Virus record (IMG/VR): IMGVR_UViG_3300031841_003798
Location: 11,590-75,589 of that record
DNA from: a virus
DNA: 64,000 bases
Strand: one strand, 5' to 3'
Shown here: positions 1 to 10,140 of the stretch, one piece after another
Layout of the letters: the number at the start of each line of letters is the position of its first letter
Numbering within the stretch: position 1 is the stretch's first letter
The notes under the pieces: generated by a model
Told to the model about the DNA's origin: nothing
The model's input: the letters and a program-made list of their open reading frames with translations, nothing else
Database searches by the model: none
Translations under genes and position numbers: made by a program

Positions 1-1428
1 TCTACGCCAGGCGTTTTAACTACTACCAAACCTACAGGCACGAGTCAAATTCAAAAAGTTGCAATCGTTAAACGATCTAACGTATCTGCAGGCTCTCTTA
101 TTGTTATGGGTGCCGGACGTGTTAACGATCTACCTAATCTACCTACAGGTGAATATTGGAGGGGAGATTCTAGCGGTGTACCGCAACCACGAAGCTTTGA
201 TGCCGATGTAACCAATAGCAGTCAAGTAACATTAAATACATCTGCTATTGCCGCAAATGCTAGTGATATTAGCACCTTACAAACAAACACTACAGGAAAC
301 CTTACAGACAGTGTAACCGTACACAACGATGTAACTAATGCTGGTTCAGGACAGATTATTACTGGTGCAGAGCGCACGAAATTATTGGGTATTGATACTG
401 GGGCAGAAGTTAATGTACAATCGGATTGGAATGAAGCTAATACTGCATCAGATGCTTTCATTCAAAATAAACCTACTTTAGGTACTGCTGCTGCCGCTGA
501 TGTAAGTGACTTTATTGAAGATGACTCAACTATTGCTGCTCAACCTGTTCGACAGTACTATGCAAGTACCGCAGCATTTCCAAGTGCAAGTACATGGCAT
601 GGCGCTATTGCACACAGCCATGCAGATGGTGCTATGTATTTTGCGCACGGAGGAGCATGGGTAAAGCTTGGTAATGACTCTGATATTTTTGATGGTGACT
701 ACAACAGCTTAACCAATAAACCGGTTATTCCTGTAGTTGGTATTGATGCTCAAGCGCATGATGCTAACCTAACTACGTTTGTAGGGACCTTTACCTTACC
801 TACCGTTGACGGTAGTAATGGCCATGTTTTAACCACAAATGGTAGCGGTACGCTAAGTTTTGCTGCAGCTGGCGGCTCAGGATCAAGTACACTTTTAGGA
901 TTAACAGATACGCCTGCAACGTTTGGTAGTACTGGTCAGGTCTTAGCTGTTAATGCTGCAGGTAATGCTGTAGAGTTTGTTAATCAATCGGGCGGATCTG
1001 GAGCACAACGTACTCTTACTGTACCTACAGGTAATGGTTACTCTGGGGATGTAGTTACGTTCGGCTCAGCACCAAGTGGTGGATTTACAGTAGGTGAATT
1101 GTACTACTTTGCCACTACAGGTGCATGGGAAGAAGCATATGGTACCTCTACTAATACAGCTACTGGAATGTTAGGTATTTGCGTAAACGCTTCTACTCCC
1201 GAAATTCTAATTCGAGGAATTATTAAAAATAGCAGCTACGCTAATTTGTTCTCGCTGGGCCGTAGACTTTATGTGTCTACGTTACAAGGTGGTTCAGGTC
1301 GTTTTATGGATACTATTCCAAGTTCTCCCCCGACGGGTGCGGTTATTCGTGCAGCTGGTTATGTAACAGATGATGTTAATGGTGTCCTTATGTTTGATCC
1401 GTCTCAGGACTACATTACTGTTACCTAA
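1..1428 (+). CDS. Tail fibre protein (5' partial; frame is open from base 1)
   Basis: Frame 1 has no stop from position 1 (STPGVLTTTKPTG...) into the ORF-track start at 106. Gly/Ser/Thr-rich, with fibre-type modules VNVQSDWNE..SDAFIQNKP, FPSASTWHGAIAHSHADGAMYFAHGGAW, LPTVDGSNGHVLTTNGSGTLSF and LLGLTDTPATFGSTGQVLAVN. Confidence 0.75.
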   Translation, partial: STPGVLTTTKPTGTSQIQKVAIVKRSNVSAGSLIVMGAGRVNDLPNLPTGEYWRGDSSGVPQPRSFDADVTNSSQVTLNTSAIAANASDISTLQTNTTGNLTDSVTVHNDVTNAGSGQIITGAERTKLLGIDTGAEVNVQSDWNEANTASDAFIQNKPTLGTAAAADVSDFIEDDSTIAAQPVRQYYASTAAFPSASTWHGAIAHSHADGAMYFAHGGAWVKLGNDSDIFDGDYNSLTNKPVIPVVGIDAQAHDANLTTFVGTFTLPTVDGSNGHVLTTNGSGTLSFAAAGGSGSSTLLGLTDTPATFGSTGQVLAVNAAGNAVEFVNQSGGSGAQRTLTVPTGNGYSGDVVTFGSAPSGGFTVGELYYFATTGAWEEAYGTSTNTATGMLGICVNASTPEILIRGIIKNSSYANLFSLGRRLYVSTLQGGSGRFMDTIPSSPPTGAVIRAAGYVTDDVNGVLMFDPSQDYITVT

Positions 1429-2708
1429 TGAGTACAGCTACAGTAAATAGTATCGCTATGGCAGATATTGCAACAATTAATGATATTACTGTGCCATCTG
1501 GTACAAGTGGTGGATACCAACCATCTTCTACAGGTCTTCTTGTGTGGGGCTATGATGCGGCTCCTAGTGAGCCACTGGCTGCTGATTTATTTCCAGCTGC
1601 AGAAACTCCATTTAGTTATCAAGTCTGGACAGGCAGTAGCTACCCAGTAAAAAAAATGGATTTTACTAGATATGGGGCCTACATTTTGGATACAAACGGA
1701 GACCTTTACACTTGCGCTGTAGGTGCTAGTTACAACTTTATAGGTAGAAACTCTAGCACTGGAACGTCTACAAGTTTTCAGTTGGCTAGAACTGGAGTAG
1801 ATGATATGTCTGCAACCATTCAAGGTTGTATAACCATTGAGTCTGGAAGTATGTACTACACTGGAGGCAACCTCACGTACTATTTAGGCGTAGGAACGAG
1901 CTATCAAACTTGGACTCAGTTTGGAACAGATACTGATTGGATATCAATTACTACGTCCTCGTCATACCCTTACGGAATTGCAGCGGTAAAAGGACCTACA
2001 TCAACAACGGGTAAGCTTTATGTAAGTGGGTACCACAATAACGGTAGGCTGGGCAACGGCCTTACGAGTGGAACTACTCAGACCCCCACTTTAAGTAAGA
2101 CCAACTCAACTACAAACTTTGAAGAGTACGTAGCCCATGTTTCTTTTGGACAGTACAACATTGGGGTTGTCACTCAGAGCGGAGAGTTTTATGCGTGTGG
2201 ATGGGGCAACTATGGAAATGCAGGAACTGGCACTTCATCTAATCAGGTGTACATGGCCCAAATAGGAACAGACACCAATTGGGAAAAAAGCTTTATGGGT
2301 TCTCTTGGTGGTCTTGCTATTAAAGGAGGTCAGCTATACGGATCTTCCTCTAGCTCCGTGTATCAATATGCATTCACTGGAATGACTACAAATAGAACCT
2401 ACCAACTTGCCAACTCTGATACTGACTGGGAAGAGATTGAAGGGTTTAGGTTCCAGTCTAGTTATGACAGCGACTTTAGGGGATGCTTATTTAAAAAGAA
2501 TGGAGAGTGGGGAATCCGTGCTGGAAACGACGGGTGGAATGACACCAAAGCAGCCACTGCTACAAGCTCTTCCTTTACATCATTTAAAGATGCAGCCAAC
2601 ATAACAAATGCGGTTGGATCAACAAACACGATAGACTACGCATCTGTAATCTACAACCAGATGAGCCCAAATAGTCAAAAAGTAGGAATTGTACTTTACG
2701 TAAGATAA
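1428..2708 (+). CDS. RCC1/BLIP-II-like beta-propeller protein, probably tail-associated
   Basis: Repeats QFGTDTDW / QIGTDTNW / LANSDTDW and G..NNGRLGNG / GWGNYGNAGTG; TAATG-coupled to the fibre gene. Confidence 0.65.
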   Translation: MSTATVNSIAMADIATINDITVPSGTSGGYQPSSTGLLVWGYDAAPSEPLAADLFPAAETPFSYQVWTGSSYPVKKMDFTRYGAYILDTNGDLYTCAVGASYNFIGRNSSTGTSTSFQLARTGVDDMSATIQGCITIESGSMYYTGGNLTYYLGVGTSYQTWTQFGTDTDWISITTSSSYPYGIAAVKGPTSTTGKLYVSGYHNNGRLGNGLTSGTTQTPTLSKTNSTTNFEEYVAHVSFGQYNIGVVTQSGEFYACGWGNYGNAGTGTSSNQVYMAQIGTDTNWEKSFMGSLGGLAIKGGQLYGSSSSSVYQYAFTGMTTNRTYQLANSDTDWEEIEGFRFQSSYDSDFRGCLFKKNGEWGIRAGNDGWNDTKAATATSSSFTSFKDAANITNAVGSTNTIDYASVIYNQMSPNSQKVGIVLYVR

Positions 2709-2977
2709 TGGCAAGCTATACAATAACAATATTATCTGAAGAGCAGTTACAAGAGTACTGGACTGACCCTAGCGCTCCAAACTTTGCTTTTTCTTACAAT
2801 GAGCAAACACTTGATGAGTGTGATCAAAATGAGGATGGTACCTGGACAGCAACGTATGAAACCATTGAGCTCACTGAGCCAAATACATTTACATACTTAG
2901 TAAATGGTGGAGAAGACGTGACGATCACACTCGTTCCTGGTGAATATGGTATTCGTCCTAATTCTAAAAAATTATGA
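2708..2977 (+). CDS. Hypothetical acidic protein (89 aa)
   Basis: TAATG overlap upstream and ATGA overlap downstream. Confidence 0.7.
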   Translation: MASYTITILSEEQLQEYWTDPSAPNFAFSYNEQTLDECDQNEDGTWTATYETIELTEPNTFTYLVNGGEDVTITLVPGEYGIRPNSKKL

Positions 2978-3195
2978 ACGCTAAAGTTCATTATAGCTGG
3001 CTAGGAACTAATAGCAAAAAGACTTACCTTGTGTTAAGTCTTTCTAACAAGGATACACCAAAGGAAGATAAGTCAGACGTGCTATTAGAAAAGTATTGCG
3101 CACGTATTGCTGGCTTTATTGCAGCACTGTATTTTACTAATAACGAAGCAGCTCACATTTTATTGACTGCCTTCGCTAAACTCTTTGCACCATGA
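2974..3195 (+). CDS. Hypothetical small protein with hydrophobic C-terminus
   Basis: ATGA-coupled on both sides; C-terminal IAGFIAALYF..AAHILLTAFAKLF. Confidence 0.6.
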   Translation: MNAKVHYSWLGTNSKKTYLVLSLSNKDTPKEDKSDVLLEKYCARIAGFIAALYFTNNEAAHILLTAFAKLFAP

Positions 3196-3350
3196 AGATT
3201 CAAAATGGTTGGAAAAACCCGAACAAACAGGGTGATAAGTATCAATGTAAACTGCGTTTAGGCAAGGTTACAGTATACGATTTTTTCTATGACTTTGGAG
3301 ATAAGAAGGGCGGATTGACCTTCATGAATTTTTCTGTCAAGTTAGGATGA
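3192..3350 (+). CDS. Small hypothetical protein (52 aa, MKIQNGWKNPNKQGDKYQCKLRLG...), not in ORF track
   Basis: Translated by hand; ATGA overlaps at both ends (3192-3195 and 3347-3350) fill the gap exactly. Confidence 0.65.
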   Translation: MKIQNGWKNPNKQGDKYQCKLRLGKVTVYDFFYDFGDKKGGLTFMNFSVKLG

Positions 3351-3535
3351 TTAAACGCGTAGCCATAAACTTTTTTATGGGTTACGCTGTGTGCTCTGCA
3401 GCATTAAACTTAGTGCCTGTAAAAAAAGAAGTTGTTCCTGTAACTGTGTTTAACAGCGATGACGGACAGCTTACAACTCACTATCGGTACAAGGTACTTC
3501 ACACTACACCTGAGTTATTTCAATTTGATGAATAA
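3347..3535 (+). CDS. Small protein with N-terminal hydrophobic/signal segment
   Basis: MIKRVAINFFMGYAVCSAALNL; coupled to neighbours. Confidence 0.55.
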   Translation: MIKRVAINFFMGYAVCSAALNLVPVKKEVVPVTVFNSDDGQLTTHYRYKVLHTTPELFQFDE

Positions 3536-3863
3536 GGTTAAATACCTCTTTCCGTTACTACTGTTGTTTGCTACCGGATGCGGCGTAGGACATGGTATTG
3601 GGTCTAGTTCTTCTGAGCCTATTAACTGGGACGAGTATGACTTGTTTACTACGGTGCCTAGTGATTTATCTACACCACAACAGGTTACATGGAATACTGG
3701 TGTAATTGAGGTAGACAGTAACTTTTATTCTCTGCAGCAATTCAACATGACCCTGCAAGAAAATCCTGTTGACCGTAATAGTATTAAACTAACTATCGAC
3801 GTGGTTACGCCAGACGATACAAAACAGTCTATGACTATTTACACTGCAAAAAATAAGCAATGA
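3528..3863 (+). CDS. Predicted lipoprotein next to holin (spanin candidate)
   Basis: Start revised to ATG 3528: MNKVKYLFPLLLLFATGC is a basic n-region, hydrophobic core and lipobox Cys. Confidence 0.55.
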   Translation: MNKVKYLFPLLLLFATGCGVGHGIGSSSSEPINWDEYDLFTTVPSDLSTPQQVTWNTGVIEVDSNFYSLQQFNMTLQENPVDRNSIKLTIDVVTPDDTKQSMTIYTAKNKQ

Positions 3864-4348
3864 CGTTTGAAGGAGATCCTAAAGAGTGGAGTGAACGCAA
3901 GTTAGTTAAATGGTTCAAGGAGAACAAAGATCATTTAGGAGACTTTGCTGCTGCTGCATTATCTGCAATTCCTGGCGGAGGAGCTGTTGCTGAAGTTGCA
4001 GAAAACATTTTGGGAGCACGTGTGCTGTCAGCTCAAAAGCAATATGAGCTAGAAGCTATGTTGCTTATGTATAAGATGGACGTAGAAAAAAATACTACGT
4101 TACGTTGGCAAAGTGATAACACTACTACTGAACGTCTTACAAAGCTGGTTCGTCCTGTAAGCTTGTTAAGCTTGTTAGGCACTATTTTCCTATTTACGTT
4201 TTTAGATGGTTGGACCGCTTGGGGATTTGATGTTCCTGAGCCGTACGTAGACTTAATTCAGTCTCTCGCTATGCTTGCCTTCGGTGCATACTTTGGTGGG
4301 CGTACTGTAGAGAAGATTCAAGACATCCGATACAATGGCGACGCTTAA
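3860..4348 (+). CDS. Holin (3TM/GTA-holin-like family)
   Basis: RWQSD...LTKLVRPVSLL, two C-terminal TM helices and AYFGGRTVEK, a pattern typical of this holin family. Confidence 0.7.
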   Translation: MTFEGDPKEWSERKLVKWFKENKDHLGDFAAAALSAIPGGGAVAEVAENILGARVLSAQKQYELEAMLLMYKMDVEKNTTLRWQSDNTTTERLTKLVRPVSLLSLLGTIFLFTFLDGWTAWGFDVPEPYVDLIQSLAMLAFGAYFGGRTVEKIQDIRYNGDA

Positions 4349-4967
4349 TCAAATCGCATTCAACATTGCTGGAGCTGTAGACAAAAACACAGATCCGGTA
4401 TTTATCAATCGGATTAAGTTTCAGATTGAATATTTCCGCGCGCTCTTCTTGCGTCGAGATGCTCAGACTAACTTTAATATTCCTGATGCGTTTGTACAGA
4501 CTAGCACCGTTGAAATGGAATGGGTAGACGCTGTTGCTGCTTGTGGTGTTAGCCTGCCATGCAAGATTCTTAAGTCAAAAGAAAAGCTATGCACGCCTAT
4601 CAATTTAAAAGGGCAAAGTGGTTTTGTCTATGTGGGAGCTCCTGGCGGTGGACAAAGCTACCAGTACGTTGCACCTGAGCAAGTTGTTTATGCCATTACC
4701 TCCAAGTGGACCAAGGGGCAGCCTAAGTATTTTTTTAAAGATCGCTACCTGTATATCACGGAAGGCGCGCCGATGTGTGTAGAGGTGCGTATGGCATGCG
4801 AGTCTCCCGCTACTGGAGGCGAAGATGGAGTTGCAAATCTTGGTTGTTTAGATCACGACGCAGAGTATCCTATGACTATGGATATGACGCAACGAGTTAC
4901 AGAAGCAATTTTAGGACAGCTGCAAGCTGACATGATGCAGGACAATGACCAAGTTGAAACTGAATGA
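4335..4967 (+). CDS. crAss-like structural (tail ring) protein
   Basis: Lies before the IHF-like/tail tubular/stabilization genes as in the crAss-like gene order; YRALFL-like N-terminus and C-terminal EYPM..DM motif. Confidence 0.55.
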   Translation: MATLNQIAFNIAGAVDKNTDPVFINRIKFQIEYFRALFLRRDAQTNFNIPDAFVQTSTVEMEWVDAVAACGVSLPCKILKSKEKLCTPINLKGQSGFVYVGAPGGGQSYQYVAPEQVVYAITSKWTKGQPKYFFKDRYLYITEGAPMCVEVRMACESPATGGEDGVANLGCLDHDAEYPMTMDMTQRVTEAILGQLQADMMQDNDQVETE

Positions 4968-5406
4968 AGATCGGCTAGGAGCTAAAGACATGTACCGGGC
5001 ATACAAGAAAAAGAACCCGGATACTGACATGACTTACCCTTTGTACCGAGCTATCCTAGAAAGCTTTAATACTAAGCTGACAGAAAAGATTTTAGCAGGC
5101 GCCAAGTTTAACCTTGGACACAGGCTTGGAAACATTTACATTAAGAAGATCCGACGTACACCTTCTAGTAAGGTTATAGATTGGAATGAAACCCGTAAAA
5201 TGTGGGACGAGCAAGGCTTCAAAGAAGGGTTCGTCTACTACACCGACGAGTATTATTATCGGTGGAACTGGGAGAAAAGGAAGGCACAAGTAAAGAATAA
5301 GTCGGTATACAAGTTTGAGCCTACAGGAGGCAAGCTTGGAATAAAGCGCAAACTGGTGGAACGACTGCGTAGTAATCCGTTCGCCGCAACGAACTACAAG
5401 TCATGA
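4945..5406 (+). CDS. IHF/HU-like DNA-binding protein of the crAss-like capsid/tail module
   Basis: Basic; Y.AILESFN...EKILAG.KFNLGHRLGNIYIKK HU-type fold pattern; position before the tail tubular gene. Confidence 0.65.
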   Translation: MTKLKLNEDRLGAKDMYRAYKKKNPDTDMTYPLYRAILESFNTKLTEKILAGAKFNLGHRLGNIYIKKIRRTPSSKVIDWNETRKMWDEQGFKEGFVYYTDEYYYRWNWEKRKAQVKNKSVYKFEPTGGKLGIKRKLVERLRSNPFAATNYKS

Positions 5407-6185
5407 ACTATCGCCTTATCTCTACTAAGGAAGTTATTGCTAAAGTCTACCGGGATCTCAAGCCGGCTGATTCGTCATGGACTATGGACGCAGTCGAATG
5501 GATTGGAGAGGCTTTAGATTTCATTGGATATCATGGTATCTTCGATCACAGAAGTAAAGAATTAACCGTTGTCGATCACAAAGCCGAAATTCCTTGCGAC
5601 TTGTATCAGCTTATTCAAGTCGAATATGAAGGTACTGGTCTTGTGTATGGGACTGACACTACTGGGTATACTGCAGATACTCGCACTACAAGCGCTGAAC
5701 CTGCTAACTCTCAAGTCTATACTGTCGCTGTAGCAGAGTCCAATCCTACTGATGACCACAGTAGTCCTGCGTTTACATTAAAGTTTACAAAAGATCGTAG
5801 AGTCGCCAGTGAGTATTACCTTATCAATGCCGGCTACATTGTTACCAGCTTTGAAGAAGGCACTATTAAACTGCACTATACTGCATACCCTACCGATAAC
5901 GATGGGTTTCCGCAGGTGCCCGACAACATTTATGTAAAGCAAGCATTGGAATGGTACATCATTCGACAAATGATGATGGGCGGTTATGTCCATCCTGTCT
6001 TCAACTGGCAAGTAGCGGACGACAAGTGGGGGCACTACTGTGTAGCTGCACAGAACGACCTGAGCTTCCCGAGCATCGACAAGATGGAAACCATGAAGAA
6101 CATGTTCGTTCGCATGGTTCCAATGATCAATCGACACTCCGATTTCTTTATTGGGAATGAAACTCAAGAACGTCTTGATCGATGA
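5403..6185 (+). CDS. Tail tubular protein (crAss-like)
   Basis: EWIGEAL..IG, YIVTSFEEG.IKLHY.AYPTD.DGFP.VPDN...KQALEWYI; synteny. Confidence 0.7.
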   Translation: MNYRLISTKEVIAKVYRDLKPADSSWTMDAVEWIGEALDFIGYHGIFDHRSKELTVVDHKAEIPCDLYQLIQVEYEGTGLVYGTDTTGYTADTRTTSAEPANSQVYTVAVAESNPTDDHSSPAFTLKFTKDRRVASEYYLINAGYIVTSFEEGTIKLHYTAYPTDNDGFPQVPDNIYVKQALEWYIIRQMMMGGYVHPVFNWQVADDKWGHYCVAAQNDLSFPSIDKMETMKNMFVRMVPMINRHSDFFIGNETQERLDR

Positions 6186-9100
6186 AGTTTTATAATGGTA
6201 TGAAGCAAGATGCGGCTCGTATTGATCAGCCGCAAGATTCGTATAGGTGGGCACGTAATATCTTATTAGATCACACTACTTTCAGTGTTCGCACTGAAGG
6301 AGGTCTAGAAAATCTTGGCTCAGGTCGTGATAATGAATACGACTTAAGTACATTTACTACAGTTGAGCTTTGTGGATTTATTGATTTACCACAAGATCAA
6401 CAGATTGCCGTACTCTGGGTAGATGGTACGGATAATCATATTGTACATATTACTGGTAACATTTACCAGCGGATTGCTACTGTGAGTGGAGGTCCTTGGA
6501 GGCCGGAGAATCCCATTAAAGGTGTAAGCTATGAAAAGCCTAATGGAGATTACGTAGTTGCTTGGACTGACGGGGTAAGTATTCCTGTATACATTATTAT
6601 GGAAGATCCTGATACACAGACTACGGTTACTGTGTATCCCTTGTTTCCAGAAGCTACGTGGCCGAACGTTGTAGCCCGCGATTCACAGTGGGCTCAAGCT
6701 GGCAGTATTGCTACAGGCACGTATACGTTTTTCATTGCATATGAAGTAGATGACAATAACCTTACACCATTTAGCCCAAGCTATGGCGCATTTAAAATTG
6801 GTGTAGGTATTGAGGATCGTCAAGTTAAAGCGCAGATTAAACTGCGTTTTGATGGGCTAGATACTCAGTATGCAAACTACCGTATTTATGTGGCTCACAA
6901 CCAAAACGAGGTGGTGAACACATACTATGTTGCTAAACGAAGCACTACCGAATCAAACTTTACATGGTCTGGAGAGATCATTAATACAGACATTTCTATT
7001 GATCAGCTGACTGTGCCACCCGGCATGTACAGTACGGCAGAAACATTGTCCGTGTTAGATGATCGATTGTACCTAGCTAACGTAAGCAAGCTAACGATTG
7101 ATGGTCAGGATATTGCGAACAACGTTGTGCTAAAATGGAGCTTTGATTCTAGAGATAGGTACGAGGGAGCGCCTCAATACTTAGACAGCAAAGCATTGTA
7201 TTGGGCGGGTCAGTATCGTCAAATTAAAACAGATCTAATTAACGCAGATATGCCTCCTGCCCTGCCGGATCATTACGGCATGAGCATGGGCTTTATGCCA
7301 GGCTGTGCCTATGTTTTTTACATTGCTTTTTTACTAAAAGATAGTACCTGGACACCAGCGTATCGTATTACGCCTAACTCAGTTAATGCTGATTTAGAAA
7401 CTAATTTACTGGGCGGTGACACTCGTTGGAATCGTGTTAATGGTACTGGTAGTGAGTACATGGGAAACCTAGGCAGTATTAGCAATGGAGAAGGAGATAT
7501 GCTCCATGTAATGCCTGATCCTGCACTGATTGGAGAGGCGTGGGGAGCTCAACAAACTGCAGACTATGTATCGACGGTATCTGGTAATTCTAATTCACCT
7601 CAAGCTGCATTTAAGAACAATCGGTTTGCAATGACCGACATTGGAGTTGTTGCTACAAATGTGGTTATCCCTGCTGCAGACCAAGATAATATTGCAGGAT
7701 ACAGCATTTTTTATAGTAAGGGCAATGCAAACTCTCGTAACGTCATGGCATACTTTCAGCCAGGCGACGCACATTTTCATAGAGTTAACGGAGACGACAC
7801 CCAGGAGGTAGTATATCCTACTGATGCTCATGGTTGCTATGATGCATATTTAAACGACTTGCAACCAGTATTAGGTACTTGTCGTTTACGTGCAGTTTAT
7901 AAACCTCATACCAACGGCTCAGCAAACTGGCATGACGTAAGTGGTATGACACAGCCGGTTGGGGCTGTTTCTACATTTGACTTTGAATACCTGCCAGGCA
8001 ACACTGACGGTATTATTTTTTCTACTCGGCATAGAGAAAACAAACTAATTGTACGAGACACTACTCTAGATACAAGCGGCCAGACAGCATATGTACAAGG
8101 TGCAGAAACTATTAATAGAAATGTTTTAGCCCGTGATACCGATCAAAGTAAGCGTCTCTTTAATAGCACGGTGTCTGGATATGATGCAGTGTATGGAAGT
8201 AAAGATGCGTATCTAAGTACCTTGGACTCTGGTACATATTTTATGATTGAAAATACCAATCCTAGTAATTGGTACACTGAGTTAGACAACGTAGAGTTAG
8301 TTCGTTGTAGCTTTTTAGAAACTGATTTGTCTAATACAGACATGTCTAAAATCTCGTGGGGCGGCGATGCTGTAGCTCACCCTAACCGTACACGAAATCT
8401 TAAGCATATTTTAGGACACACTCAAACAGGCTCAACCGTAGCTGACTTACCTGAAGATCCAAACAACTGGAGTGGTAACTTTGACTTCAACAACGATTAC
8501 CGTAAGCCGGTGTTAGGTGAGTGGGATGGGGGAGAGCCGTTTGATACAGGTACAGATCTTCAGGTAGTCGTAGCAGATAAACGTACGTACATGACATACA
8601 GTTATGTGTTGCAGGCGTTTGAAGACATGGCTGATCCAACGCTACTGTTGGATGAAAACGTAGATATCTATTACGCTACGTGGGTTGCTTATTGGACTGG
8701 ACCTAACCGCACTTTTGCTGGTACTCAATACACAGGTGCCCCTGAAGTATCCAACGGCTTTAATCACCCAGTACACGTATATAAGAAGAACGACTATAAG
8801 TCTGCTTTTACGTCTGGGCGTAATGAAGAAGTATACTACTACCCCAACCGTATTGTACGTAGCGCAAAACAAAACTATGAGTCAGACACCATTAACTGGA
8901 GTCTATTTGCGCCTCTAGACTATTACGACAATGCACTAAACAAGGGACCTATTCAAAACATTGAGTCTTATGCTGGAGAACTAATCATCCACCATACCGA
9001 TGGTATTTACAAGACCATGGGTAAAGAGACTTTAGATACAAGTGCTTTCTCAGTGTTTGTTGGCAGTGGAGATATCTTTCGTGCACCACCTGTAGAGCTA

Positions 9101-9979
9101 GTGCCAACCGAAGAAGGCTACGGAGGTATTCGTAAGCATACCGACACAAGGCTGACTAAAGCTGGTTATGTGTTTGTTGATCCATATACAGGGAGCGTAT
9201 TCAGGCTAGACAATACGTTATCTGATCTAGCATTAAAAGGCATGCGACGGTACTTCCGAGAAGACTTTGCCGGGCTTACACCAAACGGCTACAGTCCGTA
9301 TGCTGGCATTGGCTATAGCGTAGGCTATGATCCTGTGTACGATCGCATTTTAGTTACACGTCATAACGGCGCCGGCGTTACAAATTATCAAACCATTAGC
9401 TTCAGTCAGATGAATGACTGTTGGGCTAGCTTCCATGACTATCGTGTATACGCCTATGGAACGAACCGAGCGGGTGTAACAGTGTTTTCTTCGGATTTAC
9501 TGCAGTCTATGAACCCTAACGGTGCTGCTGTCAATGGTGCGTTTATCGAGCCGATTTTTAATGAAGGAGGAAGTATTACTAAAACATTCCAAAACTTCAA
9601 TTGGGTCACGCGTCGATACAATGTAGATAACGATGAAGCTATAGGTCAAGAGTTACGCACCTCGTTTGATCAAGCTATCGTATACAACGAACACGGTATT
9701 AGTGGCATCGTAGCACTTGATGGCAACTTACGGTTTGTTGAAGAAGCGTGGAACTTTAACAACTTTAGAAATATGGCCGACACTGCTGCGGCTAATGCTC
9801 AATCTTTCTTTAATAATCAAGGAGGATACATAGCTACAATTAATATAAACAAGCCTTGGTACCAACAACAAAGGATTCGAGGAGGTTTTGCAGGCATACG
9901 ATTAATCGTTTTGCCAACCGAAACTGATGTCTTATATTTAAGTGAGGCCTCGGCTAAGTTTCGTGTCTCATACCGCTGA
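6182..9979 (+). CDS. Tail stabilization / muzzle protein (P22 gp10-like, crAss-like)
   Basis: 1265 aa; N-terminal GMKQD...SYRWARN, DRLYLAN, GYDPVYDRILVT, WASFHDY and C-terminal RIRG.FAGIRL; synteny. Confidence 0.75.
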   Translation: MKFYNGMKQDAARIDQPQDSYRWARNILLDHTTFSVRTEGGLENLGSGRDNEYDLSTFTTVELCGFIDLPQDQQIAVLWVDGTDNHIVHITGNIYQRIATVSGGPWRPENPIKGVSYEKPNGDYVVAWTDGVSIPVYIIMEDPDTQTTVTVYPLFPEATWPNVVARDSQWAQAGSIATGTYTFFIAYEVDDNNLTPFSPSYGAFKIGVGIEDRQVKAQIKLRFDGLDTQYANYRIYVAHNQNEVVNTYYVAKRSTTESNFTWSGEIINTDISIDQLTVPPGMYSTAETLSVLDDRLYLANVSKLTIDGQDIANNVVLKWSFDSRDRYEGAPQYLDSKALYWAGQYRQIKTDLINADMPPALPDHYGMSMGFMPGCAYVFYIAFLLKDSTWTPAYRITPNSVNADLETNLLGGDTRWNRVNGTGSEYMGNLGSISNGEGDMLHVMPDPALIGEAWGAQQTADYVSTVSGNSNSPQAAFKNNRFAMTDIGVVATNVVIPAADQDNIAGYSIFYSKGNANSRNVMAYFQPGDAHFHRVNGDDTQEVVYPTDAHGCYDAYLNDLQPVLGTCRLRAVYKPHTNGSANWHDVSGMTQPVGAVSTFDFEYLPGNTDGIIFSTRHRENKLIVRDTTLDTSGQTAYVQGAETINRNVLARDTDQSKRLFNSTVSGYDAVYGSKDAYLSTLDSGTYFMIENTNPSNWYTELDNVELVRCSFLETDLSNTDMSKISWGGDAVAHPNRTRNLKHILGHTQTGSTVADLPEDPNNWSGNFDFNNDYRKPVLGEWDGGEPFDTGTDLQVVVADKRTYMTYSYVLQAFEDMADPTLLLDENVDIYYATWVAYWTGPNRTFAGTQYTGAPEVSNGFNHPVHVYKKNDYKSAFTSGRNEEVYYYPNRIVRSAKQNYESDTINWSLFAPLDYYDNALNKGPIQNIESYAGELIIHHTDGIYKTMGKETLDTSAFSVFVGSGDIFRAPPVELVPTEEGYGGIRKHTDTRLTKAGYVFVDPYTGSVFRLDNTLSDLALKGMRRYFREDFAGLTPNGYSPYAGIGYSVGYDPVYDRILVTRHNGAGVTNYQTISFSQMNDCWASFHDYRVYAYGTNRAGVTVFSSDLLQSMNPNGAAVNGAFIEPIFNEGGSITKTFQNFNWVTRRYNVDNDEAIGQELRTSFDQAIVYNEHGISGIVALDGNLRFVEEAWNFNNFRNMADTAAANAQSFFNNQGGYIATININKPWYQQQRIRGGFAGIRLIVLPTETDVLYLSEASAKFRVSYR
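9910..9940 (+). promoter_or_regulatory. Candidate Bacteroidota sigma70-type promoter for the cargo genes
   Basis: TTTG (9910-9913), 19-nt spacer, TATATTTA (9933-9940): one mismatch to the TTTG-N19-21-TAnnTTTG consensus, about 50 nt before ATG 9994. Confidence 0.35.
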
Positions 9980-9993
9980 TATAAATTTCAGGT

Positions 9994-10140
9994 ATGGGCA
10001 GACCTAACCCTCGACACGGCAAGGGACGCGGGCGTATTAGAACTCACGGTAAGTCTGTTAAACAGGCTAAACAGAAAACTAAGCGTGATACAGAACTTAC
10101 CGTAACACCCTGGTTTCCTGAAGATGAGGAAAAAAATTAA
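9994..10140 (+). CDS. Small basic protein (48 aa, MGRPNPRHGKGRGRIRTHGKSVKQAKQKTKR...), not in ORF track
   Basis: Translated by hand; fills the gap between the muzzle gene and the first cargo gene; Arg/Lys-rich with an acidic tail. Confidence 0.5.
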   Translation: MGRPNPRHGKGRGRIRTHGKSVKQAKQKTKRDTELTVTPWFPEDEEKN

